NCBI GenBank assembly: GCA_030248215.1
Contig: JASANG010002859.1
Span: forward strand, 248,001 to 312,000
Source: Enoplolaimus lenunculus
Taxonomy: Eukaryota
DNA length: 64,000 nt
Direction of reading: 5' to 3'
In this document: one piece after another, positions 26,595-40,441 of the stretch
Layout of the letters: each line of letters begins with the position of its first letter
Position numbering within the stretch: position 1 is the stretch's first letter
Translations under genes and position numbers: made by a program
Notes under the pieces: model-generated
The model's input: only the letters and a program-made list of their open reading frames with translations
The model's database searches: none
What the model was told of the DNA's origin: nothing

Positions 26595-29500
26595 CGTAAA
26601 CAGGGTGGTTGGAACAAAGTACCTGCAATGCACATGTATGGCAGCGTTTTGTTTTTACATATATTTACAATGCCCATATACCGACAAGAGTTGTAGACAC
26701 TAGAACATCATAACTGACTAGTTGGAGCAGGAGCAACCGAAAAACTATTGTGGCGAAAACAAAACCGAAAAGTAAAAATGTTACCGGATTTTCTGTGGAA
26801 ACTGGATAGTGAAAAAACCACGATTTCTCTGTCGAAACCAGAATTCCGGTTGCACTAAGCTGATCAGTGTATTCAGAACGTACGTACGGTACGATATAAT
26901 ATAATAACATACACATGACGATTTGGACTGAGTACTAAGCACAGACAAAAACAACGAGAATTTTGGTACCAATGGCTGGGTTTCTGAAACACTAGTTTCA
27001 TAAATATATAGTTGATATATAATAAATTTTGTTACAACTTTTGACAGTAGGTTTCTAGAAACCTAGCCAGTAGCCAATATTTCATAGATAAATAAATACA
27101 TACGTAAGGCAAGCACACAACATGAAGTCCAATGATTTAATCACTGTAAAACTCGTAGAAACAAATCAATGTAAACATATAACATACTTTTTGAAATAAG
27201 TGTGCGAATATTACAACTTCGGCAAAATATAATTGGTTATATCGCTTTACAGGGCATATCGAAGGCAAACAAATTTATATTTAATGGATGTTGCATTAGC
27301 TAAAATATTAAAATACTTAACATTTTAGTGAAATGGCAACTTAGCGATGTTTATGCTATTTATACAGTGCATTGTTTGTTATGTAACATGTTTCCCTGCA
27401 GTATATAGGCGTGGGGATCTGTCGATATATGCATAGAGTCCAATTTGTATGTGGATTTAATGGGCAATGGTTACGGTACTAATTTAAGGCGACGCACCGG
27501 AACCCAAAACGTTTTCCAAACATGAAGCTAGAAAAGCAGGTGAGAAGGAAAATGCTACCGACTATTAGGATATAAAGCGGAACTAGATTATACCGTAATC
27601 GGAACAGCGAAATTATAATGGAATCAGAATCGGCATAACAAATTTAGTGACTATACGACTAGTTGATCAGGGTGGCAACAAAGGTTTCGATTCAGATTTA
27701 GCTAAAAATGTGTTTCAGATTCCGATTCGGTTGCGAACAAGATCTAAAAACCGAATCAAACAAGTTTTTTCGTTTTTAAACAATAAAAATTCTAATATAC
27801 CGGATTCCATAGCCAGGTAGCAAATTCTTACAGGAATCGGAACAGAATGTAAGCGGACATATAAGTAAATTTACGAAGTTTAAAAACTTGAGTCGAGCAA
27901 TAGATTATGCCCATTGAATTAGAAGTGTATAACTGTCAGCGTTAGCTTGAATTATTCGTTTTCACTTCAGTGTATCAAACCTCGAACTTCTTCACTTGCC
28001 CAAAAATGCAATTGCAGCAAAACATCACAGACACTCACTTGAAAGAAGCATTGAAACCACCACTGTAAATATCTGGTATTTGGTTAAAAGCAAATACCGG
28101 AACCGGCATGGATATTGGTTTTTTCCGGATATTAAACCAGCACCCAGATGTATACACATTCCAACATGCTTGCAATACAATATTCAAATACGGCCAGTGT
28201 AAAAACCAAAAAAAGGAAGAATTTTTTAACAATTTTCTCAACCTGACACTACAAATCAACAGTTGATGGCATCCTGGAAATGACGTCATTTCAATCAAGA
28301 CAAAATAAAATATCAATGATTCTACAAATCTGATTTATATAAATCAAAGTCATACAGAGTGCAATAAATGAACCTCTATAAAAATTCAGTTTGCGATTAT
28401 CTGACACTGACAAAAATATTTTTAAAAACTCGTTTTCTTTCCTTCAAAATTTTGATGTTCGAATGTTCTAGGAAAAAATGACGTTTGTCCTGAGACTAGT
28501 TATGTGATTAATATAGAATAAAAGCTGTCCCTAGTTCACTTTTCCAAAAGGTTTTCAAAACGAAAAAACACATATAGGTAGAAGTCTGCTGAATTAAGTT
28601 ATAAAATATTTTCTACTGATTCGGTTCTAAGTTTCCGGCCCATCAGTTTTTCGTTTTTAAGGTTTGGCTGGCTGGTTTTACAAAAGGCCTAGTATTTTGC
28701 TGTTGTTCTGCACTCAAATCTGCCACCCATGTTTAGTTTGAGAGACCGCTTTGGCGTGGATTCTAACAAAGTAACTTAAATGGTTTAGAACAATTTTTTC
28801 TCATGCGTTAAACTTAATATGTTTTGGTTATTCGGTGACCCTCACAACAGGTTTCCCTCAACGTAAACTATTTTATGTTAAAAGTCGATTATTGACTACG
28901 CAGTGGCAATTGGAAAAGTAAAGTGAAACAGAAGACGCGCCTTACACAAACTTCGGGTTGTCACACCTTTAAGCGGGCAACCGACTTAGAATTTGTTGTA
29001 AAGCCAAACATTTGAACACCAAACCAGTTGCGTTTGGAGCATTGATTATTTCACTGCAAAATCAAGACTAGAAACTGTAAATTGGTGCAGTTTCCGCCAG
29101 GATTCACTAAACTGGCAAGTTAAAAACTTATCGAAAACCGCAGATTTCAATCAAATCTGGACTTAACTCAAAATGAGAGTTAAAACATGTCTCTTCAACT
29201 GTGCCATTATTTTCGTTTTCAAGATTTCCTGCAGAAGAAATTAAGTAGCTAGGTGTATAAGAACATTATCATTTGTTAAATCACATTAAAGATTAATAAG
29301 ACTTATAAATCAGCAACGCATGATATACCATCAATATCCTATTTAAATGGACAGCGAAACACCGCTCGATGTAATGACCACTGACCACTTCTGTATATAT
29401 ACCTTTTTTATCGTTATTTTTTGTAAGCACACGCTCACCGGCACGTAGTTTTCGGTTTTTTTATATCATCTGATAAGCGAAATAGAACAGGTTCTGTCTG

Positions 29501-29875
29501 TATACGTTGTTTGAACCACAGATTAACTTGCTGATCGTTTTTTGTTTTTGGTAGTGATTTTCTGCAAACCTTCACCTCATTTTAACGGCAGCGATGAGAA
29601 TTATTTAAAGTCCCGACAATTCTATTTACGTATTTGTTTAGGCGTGTCAGCCTTGGTAGGAACTGGGACTTCAAACCTGTTAATTAAGCAGTTGGAAAGG
29701 GTTACCGGTGGTTTCGAACTATAGAATTGCGTGTCAGGCAGACGCTTTTATCAGTGCGCCACGAGTCCGCCTGTCCAACTGCTTTTATCGTCGACTACAT
29801 TATTAAGGTTATTTTGTATTTTTATCATATTAAAGCTCGATGTATACATCGTCCGCCGAGCCGTAGGTATCCGAA

Positions 29876-32586
29876 ATGTCAGCTTCAGCTTGTGCTACTA
29901 CACATGTGCATAAATTCAAGGTTGTGTTGCTCGGTGAAGGCGCAGTGGGTAAAACGTCGATTGTATTAAGATACGTTGAAAATAAATTTAACCCTAAACA
30001 TATTTCTACTTTACAGGTAAGTGTTTCTTTAAGTACAATACGTATTCTTTATTATGTATGTGTGTAATATTGGTTTATGATTTTTGCTGAGTCGAGTATA
30101 CATTTGAAGGTTAACATCATTGACTAATATTATGTTCGCTTTCTACTAATCGGTGGGAGCACGAAGCTAGCGAACTCAAACATTTCACCGAAGTTGTTTG
30201 AAATAGCCATTTATTTAGTGAACTGTGTACTGCAGGTGAAAAGTGGTGACAAATCCTGAAAAAGGCGATATCCTATGGTTTTGTCATTTAAACTGTTTAA
30301 AATAAATTTTTCGGTATGAATTTTTTCACTGTCCAGTTCCGTAATTGCGCTTAAAATTTTGTCCAAATAGCTGCTACTTAGTAAATTTGTTATTTAGGCA
30401 TCCTTTTTGTTGAAGAAATTGAATATCCGCAGTGAAAGAGTTGAGCTTCAACTCTGGGTATGTATCTAGTGTATAGCATATTGTATTTTAGCATCTGTCG
30501 TATATATTATTTTAGCAGGTTTGCAGGTGTCCATGGCTGTTAGAGAGATTTCAAAGCTGGAATATGTTTGTTTCAGGAAGATAGCCCTGTTTCAGGTTTT
30601 AATTGAGATCGATTTTTCAGCTTTTTATGAGTGAATATTCAAATTATTTACTTTTTTGATCAACTAAACATTTTGTTACGAATTTTTGGCCGTACATATT
30701 GTTTTTCTAAAATAGTTTTACTTCATGCAACTGATTTTAGGATACTGCGGGTCAAGAAAGATTTCATGCCCTTGGACCAATATATTATCGTGGCAGCCAC
30801 GGCGCTTTTCTCGTGTACGATATTACCGATGCTGATTCTTTTATAAGGGTATGTACGTTTTAGTTTTCAACCCTCTTTAGCCTTAGTTTATGACTGTGAT
30901 ATTTTGACCCATATAAGTAGCGCGCTTCGCATTAATTGATTTCGCCATATTTTTAGATTCGCATGCGTAATTAATAAATATGGCTCGGTTTCCCTAGATA
31001 TCGACGCAGCTAACTAAAGTGTTACGTTTATTTTTCTCGAGCACTGATAGACGATCTTGGTTTTGGTCTCAGCAAGTCGATATGGCTGGTCTCGGTTTTG
31101 CTTTTTCACTGGTGAAAAAGCGATAAGTAATCATAAAAATTTTCTTTGGATCGCAGCTTTGTCCCGGTAGTACTTGCGCATTTCGCCCACCAACACAGAC
31201 ACGAGGAGCACCGATACCTGGTTATACAGCAATTTGAGCAACAGAATGACCCTCCTTTTACCCAAAATTCTACTTTGTGAAAGGAAACAAAGCACTTTGG
31301 TTCTATTGTGACAAAGCACAAATAGTTGTACTTTCGCGTTTAAATCATTTAATGCATTGTGTAAAAATTATGGGTCATCATCCACATTTTTAACGTCCAC
31401 GCTATGTTAAAAAATTCTCCAGTCTATTCTGTTTGCCCGGGATCAAAACAAACACTATAGCTTTGAATTAGGGTTGTACTGAGGGTGTTTTGAGACAGCG
31501 GGATTTGTCCCGAGTCTGTTCCAAGGGAAGGGGACAGTAGCCAGGTGAAAAATAAAGTATAAATATAAAGTTTGGCGGCGATTGATTGGTCTAATTGTAT
31601 GAAACCGCAATTCAGAGCAGATAGAAATATTCAAAACTTTTGTTAAATAATCTTATTTTATTTTTAGCATCGGTTAAAAATTGACCGAGACCGAGACCAA
31701 AAGTGTCGGTCTCGGTAGGTTGGGTCTTGGTTTCGGCCTCGCTTTTTCGACCGAGACCGCCCATTCCTGTTCGCGAGACATTTTGTTCAGTAATGAAAAA
31801 CATATTAGTCGCTTATTATTATTATTATTATTATTATTTTCGAATTTAGGTAAAGAAATGGGTAACCGAATTGCGACGAATGCTCAGCGACGATATAGTG
31901 CTAGTTATTGCAGGCAATAAACTTGATTTAGCCAAAGATCGTGCTGTGTCAAAACCTGATGCTCAACAGTACGCCAGTGATGTTTCTGCGATACACGTGG
32001 AAACATCGGCGAAAACCGGGGAAGGTTTAGATGCTGCTTTTCTCGAACTGACAAAAAGTAAGCAATCTATTTATTTACGTTATGATCGTCATCAGACAAT
32101 TTAGACTCGCAACGTATCTAAATAAATACGTGCCTGGAATCGGCTTTCTAATTTTTGGGTGAAAATACACAGAATAGCGGAATATCGTTATCCGGATGCA
32201 ACTGTAATAATGGCGGTACTTAAAAATGTTATGAACCGAAACGGAACATATTGAGAGAAATCAGTACGTCGGTTTCACGAATATTTTTCTGTATGATAAT
32301 AAATTTTGTTGAAAACCGGACTTGCTTAACGTGCCATAGTTCTTAGATTAAAATGATTGAATTTGTGGATTTGATTTTGAGAAATATATTAACGTTCACA
32401 CTCTTCCAAGGGATGTTGGAAAAAAGGAAAACAGAATCAAACGCTGCCGAACAGTTGCTCTCGAACTCAAATGATGGACATTCCGGAAGATCTACTGGAA
32501 ATACCCTTGTTTTGGCAGCAGATGACACTTCTGATGAGTTAGCTACTCCTTCCAATACACCTAAAAGAAAGAATTTATGCTGTTGA
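29876..32586 (+). CDS. RAB21: Rab21 small GTPase, 5 exons, 230 aa
   Basis: join(29876-30016, 30398-30457, 30741-30848, 31850-32057, 32411-32586), all GT-AG, 693 nt. Motifs: [15 protein letters not shown] (G1), Rab21-type STLQASF effector loop, [18 protein letters not shown] (G3), GNKLD (G4), ETSAK (G5), C-terminal CC prenylation motif. Confidence 0.96.
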
Positions 32587-32730
32587 TTATCTGGACATCT
32601 GTACTTGAGTTACAGGAGCTTGATGAAAACATTTCGCTTGATTTTAATTACATGGTGCATCGGTACGGCTCGCTTGTTGTTGTTGTTGTGCTACTTCAAG
32701 CGCTGTTACTGCATCAGTGAGTATCTGTAG

Positions 32731-32922
32731 CCGGCCGTGTTCTCAACTGTGTGTAGCACCTATTGTCAGTAGTAATAAGTCTTTCGCACAGCAGTAGAGA
32801 AGATCAAACGCTAAAAGTTTGCTCAGCTTTGAAGCGAAGCATTCACTAAATCTAAAGTTACAGTACCTAGTACCTATGTGTAATTGGTGATTGGTGCTAT
32901 ACATATTTGAAAATACGGGCTC
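32731..32922. mobile_element. MITE in the probable Rab21 3' UTR
   Basis: Inverted termini CCGTGTTCTCAACTGTGTGTAGCACC/GGTGCTATACATATTTGAAAATACGG; same family as 4763. Confidence 0.65.
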
Positions 32923-33465
32923 TGGTATAATGACGCAATTTAATTTATATATACGTAGTTTATTTTTACATATGACGCGAAACTGTGATCGAGTGAACAT
33001 AGTAGATTGCAGTCGAATCTTAATAAGATTAATGTATCCTTCGAGCCATCAAACTAAAGGTTTTAAGTTTTACGAGTGTATAAATGAAACTTGAAATGCT
33101 TTAATTTAGCTTGAAGTTTCAACCACCACATAAAACTTGCGAATTGAATTCTCTTTAGTAGTGTACTAGAAATTGTTCCATGACCTATAATGTGATAACA
33201 GGTGATGTGTAAAATAAAATTCGATTTCAAACTTGGTTGCCATTGTAATTTTTGTATAAACTACATTATTCTTGTGTTCATAATTCTATAGCTTGATAGT
33301 AAAACATTCCTTTTACATTTTGGAGTGTTTCTTTTTATTTATGAGCAATATACAGTGCTTCAAAGAAAAGTTTTGTTATTTTGTATAGTTTGTTAAAAAT
33401 AATGGGTTTGTTACTGAGTTTGCTTTCCGTTTGATATGCTCAAAATTCAACAATAAAGACAATAG

Positions 33466-33598
33466 TGCCCATGTATAGAACAGGGCCAGATCGTTTTCCT
33501 CAGGGGCTATAATAGAGTCAGTTTAAGCTTTGGACTAATTTGCTTAGGCTTAGGACTATGTTTATACTACAGTTCCGGGCCTGTTCTATACATCGGCC
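33466..33598. mobile_element. Merlin-like MITE with TTAGGC core (subfamily 2)
   Basis: TIRs plus TSD GACAATAG. Confidence 0.75.
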
Positions 33599-36500
33599 GA
33601 CAATAGTGTGCTTTACGTCTTATCCCTGTTAGTAGTTCAATATTGTTTAATATTAAGGTCTAAAACAGAGCCCCTAAACGTATACGCTTAATGAGTTTAG
33701 AATAAAGATGAGCACCGCGTATCCGGATATGTATCTGGATATCCGAAATATACCTTAACCAATTCGCATCGCGAGATACGTAATGAGCGTCATTTTAAAT
33801 TCTGAGCGATCTTGATTTAATAAGACGCCAAGCCTAACTGAGTGTGATGCTAATTAGTAAAAGGCTAGCTTGCAAATCTGGCAATCCGTGAAGGGCGCAT
33901 TTGAATTTCCAAGACAGAACCCATGAGCTCATAACTTTTGAATTCAAACTGCCCACGCTAAACGATTTCCTTATCACACCAAAACAGACCAAAAGTAGTT
34001 TATCAGCGATTCTAGCTGTCTGAATAAAGAACAGCTTAGTGTGGGGTTGGGGTGACACCTCCATACTGCTTAGTGTTCTTTCAAAATGTGGAAGGTTCGA
34101 TGAAGCCGCAGCCTTCCCCTGAGAGAAAAGGCACAAATTGATTTAAAAAGTTTGGATGTTGCAGAAAACGTTTCCTCCATTTGTGTCGTGAAATTAATAG
34201 TAGTAGGTGTGCTAATCCAGTCATCAAACGCAAAAAAATGACGCAATTCAACTCAGTGCGTCGCTTTTATACGATATACCTGAAAAAATATAGATGCCAG
34301 GTACCTTTTCGGTTCCGCAATAGTCCATACGATCATAAAAAGTGAAAGTATATTCAAGTCTTAAAACGGGTCCTGAATATTTGGACTAATATTACTTTAA
34401 AAATCTAGCAACCAAAACATATTCCTAAGTTTAAGCCAGCTCTGCATAATACACACAAGTCTAAAACAATGCTTAGCGTAAGCTCAAGCGAAAAATAGTC
34501 TAAAATTAAGCCTTGTCTATTTCCGTCTAGTAAGAAGGCGGGCAATAGCGGATCCAAAGCTTGACGGGCGGGCGTACGGCCCCATTTGAAATTTTTTCTG
34601 ATTACAACTTTTCCCTCAGAAATTTTTTCTTGTGATAAAATGACGTGGTCTCTAGTCTCTAACTTGCAATTGTCCTCAATCAGAAAGTTATTTGGTACCA
34701 AAATGGTTAAATCCCTACCTTACAATTTTGCCTCATCGGAAAAATTTTGGAGAAAAATTGCGTTTCAAAACATTTACAAGCTTACCCCGTGAGAAATTTC
34801 TTGATCCGCCGGTAAAAGCAGGGCACCACTAAAAGTAACATGGACTGATGTTTGAACGATTTAGAGTAAGTATATTTTAAAGTGGTTCTTCTTCTTGGAA
34901 CGTAAAACGACTCAAGTATACATTCGATAGAATCTCTGTTGCAGTGGTTCAATCAGACGGAGACAAATCAACTCAATCTCAGGTGGCCAACCAAGTATTT
35001 ATTAGTCAGTAGCAATCTTCTAAACCGAATACCCAGCATTATTGAAGTAGTTGCGTAATAAATAACTATTTTTAGAATTGTACGTTTTACGCTCATAGCA
35101 ATCAGTTTTTGGTCAGAGTATACTTCCCTTAGAGCAACAAGTTAAAGCAAGTGCTTGAGAAACGAAACAGGGCCGTAACAGTAGTATAAGCATATTCCTA
35201 AGTCTAAGCAGAAAAATTAGTGTAAAGCTTAAACTTACTCCATTGCAGTGCCGCACCGAAACGTTCCGCCCTGATCAGGGCCGAGATCTTTATCGCGTTT
35301 TTGTAAACATTGTGTGCTTCAGTTAGTTGTTTTATGGGGCTATTTTGGCACCTTCGATTACTTAGTCTCCTTAAAAAGGAGTTTAAACCTCAAAGTTCTG
35401 AAAACACTTTGAAGATTAGGTGTTTTTTATGGCTGATCAAACCCTGGTTTTCTTCAGAAATACTGATGCTCCGTTCTAGGCAGGATGATAATGGATAGTA
35501 GAAATAATTGGAGCAGGTAGTGATCAAAATAACGAAAACGGAAAACGGATATTGAAGTATAAAAGTTTCAAAAACGTTCTATTTTTCAGCTAACAAAATT
35601 GAGGCGTGCAAATATTCTCCGGTCTTTCAAATTTATAATAGAAAAAAAATGGCGGATACATCGAAATTTTTTTAAGATTTTGGATGAATTTCGTATATAA
35701 TTCTTATTCCATGTCAGACAGTTGCAACATATCTGTAACGTAAAATTGCTAGATATATACGTGATTTATGACTAAGTTTGGACGTGAAAAAATAACACAA
35801 TTTCTGTTATTTCTATAACGCAAATGGACACTGATTTTTACCGGAAATGGAAACGGATATCCGGATACGCTTTGGTTCTAGGATAAAAAAAGCACTTGAT
35901 TAGTTTTTAAAATTTATACTATGTGCTGACCGTAACGTTAAGAATGTCGCCCCATCAATTTTGGGTGAAACGAGAGTAGTAAAGTACTATAACGACCCAG
36001 ATAACCCAAATTTAAATTATTCAATTTTAACAAGTTTTCTTGTGATTTAACAACGACATTTCATTTTGTCGTATTTGTGTTACGTTTTTCGATTTGTGTA
36101 GAATACATTTGAACGTGAATCATTTTTTAAAATTTTTTCAATCTTTGGTTAATGCCGACCGACCAATAACAGTCATTGGATTTAAGCAATGTGTTTATTT
36201 TCGTTGTAAATATTGTAAGTCTGAAATTTTAACACCGGTAGAATTTGGAGTCACTGGCTGATCATGAGGGGGTCATCCACGCCTCGTCCCTAAACACGAA
36301 TCAAAACGAAAATTTTGTATAATATTATATAGCAGTAAGGCGGCATTTGGCTTTTCACTCACACACTGCAAAAATGGTGAGTCAAACTGTCTCTCACGGA
36401 CATAGGCTTTTCCGGACTACACAAATTGAGTCAAATTCGACTTCGCCAGAGTCAAATTCGATTCACTGAATATAGCGCATACACTGACGGATCCAGCGGT

Positions 36501-37781
36501 TTTAGGCGTGAGAGGATACTTTTATGTTTTTAAATTTTACTGTTTTAAAGCGGCGTTTTAAGCCAAATTTTTCGTTAATGTAGAATTTATTAATTGTATT
36601 AATTGCCCGAAGATTATACATCCTCAGCCCCTGCTTCTATACACTGCAATTTTGGCTAATGTTGCTTTCAAAGCTGTAAATACAGATCACACGTGTTACC
36701 TGATAAACTATGACGTATTAATGCTTTTTATCGTTTATCAAGAATGCCATCCGTACCCCCACCCCCCTTTATTTATAGGGGGTACAACCGGTGCGAACTA
36801 TGACACTTTATGTATCCGGCAATAAAATGATCCTCTTATTGTTTAGTTTAGGGTTATTACATGTGACAACGACCCCCGGTAAACAAGGGGGATCGGCCAA
36901 AAATGCAACGCCCGGTGGTACATTTTGTATCATGCGAAACCGCAAATGTTGCACACTCTTGTACTATGCACTCTTGGTTATATATCTTCTGTTTATTATT
37001 CATATTAATCGGCGTTTGTCAAACAAGAAATTTACGCAAACTAAAGATTTAAAACACGAAAATAAATCACTACAACCAGATGTCTGCCCAGAACCTGCAG
37101 TGCCGCAGGAAATTAACCTCGGCGGACTCCCAACAGTTTGACGCAATTGAATTAATTTGTTTAAGTTCGGGTCCTAAGCATTTTTCATTAAAATAAGTTC
37201 TTTCTATGTTTTGTTTAACTCGTACACAAAGTTTTGGTGTCGCAATTTGTCAATAGTAACATTTGACTACGGTGTCACAACAATTGACCTGACTTAAATT
37301 GTTTAACCTCGTTTTAATGGTAATTTCAAAACACCGTAGTCAAATTTAAAAGTTATACAAGTAATCTCTGCTTTATACGATTTAAATTTTTATTTCGAAA
37401 AAATAGGACTAAATAATGATTTGTGTACAGTAATTTGTGCACTGTGCAGCAGGGTGCAACCGGAGGTGTAAAATACTGGAGCCGGAGGTGACTTGAAATT
37501 AGGTTGTATAAAATGATGGTTAATTAGTTAATTTTAGCCAATATCTACAATACGTTGTTAAGTTGTTTGGTTTTACGCTAATTTTTTGCGAAATTTTGGA
37601 AATTCTTGCCTGAAAATTGTGACAAAGGTAAAACGAAACGCGTTAAATAAATTTAGCAAAAGTTTGCAAAATTTACTACCAAAATTGACAGAACTTCAGG
37701 CAAAAATTCTACCGGCGCCGGAGGCCGATTTTCTGCCGGAGCCGGGAGCATACCTCCGGGATTATTTTTATTTGGAGGTGT

Positions 37782-37928
37782 GGCCATTGTAAAGAACAGG
37801 AGCGGAACAGTATTATAAGCATATCCCTTTGCCTAAGCCTAAGCCAAGCAAAAAATAGTCTAAAGCTTTAAGCTTACTCTTTTCTAGTCCCACAGAAAAA
37901 CGTTCCGTCCCTGATCTTTACATAGGCC
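37782..37928. mobile_element. Merlin-like MITE (subfamily 3) nested in a hAT-like CCGGAG element starting ~37450
   Basis: TSD GGAGGTGT/GGAGGTAT; GCCTAA repeats. Confidence 0.75.
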
Positions 37929-38348
37929 GGAGGTATTTAGGCAACCAGGAGTTTACAGTATATATAGCGTAAGCCTTTAATTCGCGCAAGAATGAGCATA
38001 TGAATATATATAAACGAAAACAGCACAAAAACTAAAACTTGTCGTTTTTACAAAATCGGCTTGTCTGCGCAGTTTATGCCGTCCCAAGGCCAACAGTTCC
38101 GCACCCCCGCTCCTCGGGGGGTCGTCGAACTTTCAGTAGATCTACAATTTGAAATCAACCGGCTTTTATCCTATAGAACCATTGTAACGTTTTTCAGAGC
38201 AACAGCGCTCTTGTACACTTTAACCTAATGCGTTTACTTACGTTTAGGTTTTGGTTTATGTTTAGGATTGAAACTTACCTAAGCCTTTGCCTAATCGATT
38301 GCGCGAGCAATAATCGTTTGCCTAGGTCTTTGACTGAACCGTTGCCTC

Positions 38349-38776
38349 CAGGGTGCGACCGGAATTCCGGTTCCGGTAGGGAACTCCGGTATTTTTCACC
38401 ATCCGGTAACGGTAAGAAATGCGGTATTTTTTTATCTGAATTTTCCGGTATTTTCGGTATTAAAAATTGTTCTCATTCGAAAATTTTAGAAAAATTGGCA
38501 TATTATTCTAACTTATTTATCTTGTCCGAGCGTGCGTTGCCAAAAATTTCAATTTGTGCCATACTCCATTAAATTTAGCATATGTTTCCAGTTTTCCACC
38601 TACTGTATTTGGTTCAGGATTTTGGCATTCTATATGGTGTGTTTACAGCATTAAAAGCGATAAAATAGCGCTCAAAATAAACTTTTCGGTAACAAATATT
38701 TTTCATTTTCCGGTTCCGGTATTTCTCCAACTTTCCGGTTCTAGTTCCGGTATTTTATGATTCCAGTTCCACCCTG
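38349..38776. mobile_element. hAT-like CCGGA-rich MITE
   Basis: CAGGGTG...CACCCTG termini; perfect TSD GTTGCCTC. Confidence 0.85.
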
Positions 38777-39378
38777 GTTGCCTCCACCTAAGCCTAAATC
38801 CTAAAGCTATAGCATTAAATGTGAGGGGAAGTGTACAAGACACGGACAAATTGCGCAATCTTTTCAACCGGAATTGCGTCTACGTCAGTACACTGGTGGC
38901 AAAGCGCATTGCGGACACGTTTTTTTAAAATGTAGCAATTAAATTTTGAGTGTATAACAAGCAATGCTTATAAACCACTGAAATAAGACTTTTTTTCAAT
39001 ATTTGTTTTGCTTTTAAAGCTGTTTTCCTCTGTCCACAGTGTAAATTTGAACATAAACTTGAAATTATTAAATGACTTTTGCTTCGTGGCGATCTAAAAA
39101 ACAGTTGATACATTCGTATTGCATTAATGGTGCGTAGGACACACATTCGAGATTCGATGCCTTTATTTTTAGTGTTTTTTCCTAAAATTCTAGCCGTTTC
39201 GGCTTATAAATATGGCATCACGACAATTCGCCGCCCGATATAATCCGAAATTTCATCGAGTCGACAATTCTTTGCTCACCGTTTATGCTTAGGTTTTAGG
39301 CTTCGGATCACGCTTAGGATTATGCACAGATTTATTCTTTGGCTTTAGAAAACTGTTGAGCGACAAGTTGTCGGGCTA

Positions 39379-39578
39379 CACTGCAAAAAATTGTGAGTCA
39401 AATTGAATATCTCCGAAATAGGCTTTTTTGGACTACACAAACTGAGTCAAAATTCGACTCCGCCTGAGTCAAACTCGACTCAATTTGACTCTATCGGCGT
39501 CGAATTTTGACTCAGTTTGTGTAGACCGGAAAAGCCTATTTCGGAAAGAGTCAATTTGACTCACCATTTTTTGCAGTG
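39379..39578. mobile_element. CAC-ended palindromic MITE (CACTA/EnSpm-like)
   Basis: TIR CACTGCAAAAAATxGTGAGTCAAATTGA; 2-bp TSD TA; almost fully self-complementary. Confidence 0.8.
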
Positions 39579-40441
39579 TACGAATTGTCGTAGATTATAT
39601 AAATATATATTGTATAAGCCTAAATATTCTTATTAAGATATTGAATATGTATATATCACCTGCGCTAACTCCAGCCGGGCAACCGTTAATTTTTACACAA
39701 GATGGCAAAAAATTCTGAGATGGAGCAAGAAAAATTACTCTTTGACAGAATTCTTTTGATTCTGTTTAAGAAATTTGACGTCAGGGAGGTGTCGCCCCTG
39801 CCCCGCCCCCTTTTTCTCAGGTAGCTGCGAATCTGGATAAATCAGGATTAAAGTGTTTTAGTAGATTTTGCCTTTTAAGCAAGCCCTGTTTTTGTTTAGT
39901 CCCTGCCAGGATGTAAAGTAAACAAATAGCAAAAATAGCCAAAACGAAAACTGACGCTGAGCAAAATAACAAAAATGAAAAACCGATATTGAAGTATATA
40001 AATTATAGTTGCAAAGATGTTATATTTTGCTATTAAATACAATTGAGGCATGCAAATATTCATAGAACTATTCATAATTTTATTATATAAAACATTGCGC
40101 AAGCAACCGAAATTTCAAAGATTTACAAAAAAAGTATTTTTGTTTCATGCCGACCAATTGCAGCATATCAGAACTGAGAAATTGCGCTATTTACACACGA
40201 TTTTAAATTTAATTTTGAGTACAAAAATATTAACGGAATTTTTGGTATTTCTGTATTTACGGAAACGAACTCCGTTGTTTACTGAAAATGAAACCTAAAG
40301 TTCGGTTACATTCTGGACGCTACAACTCTGTAAATTTTAAAGCTTTAAGTTGGTTTGTTTGAATATTAATGTAATGTTGAATCGAATCATAATACAACAC
40401 TTCATTTATGATCTAGAAAATCACGTTTTTGACGTTTAACA

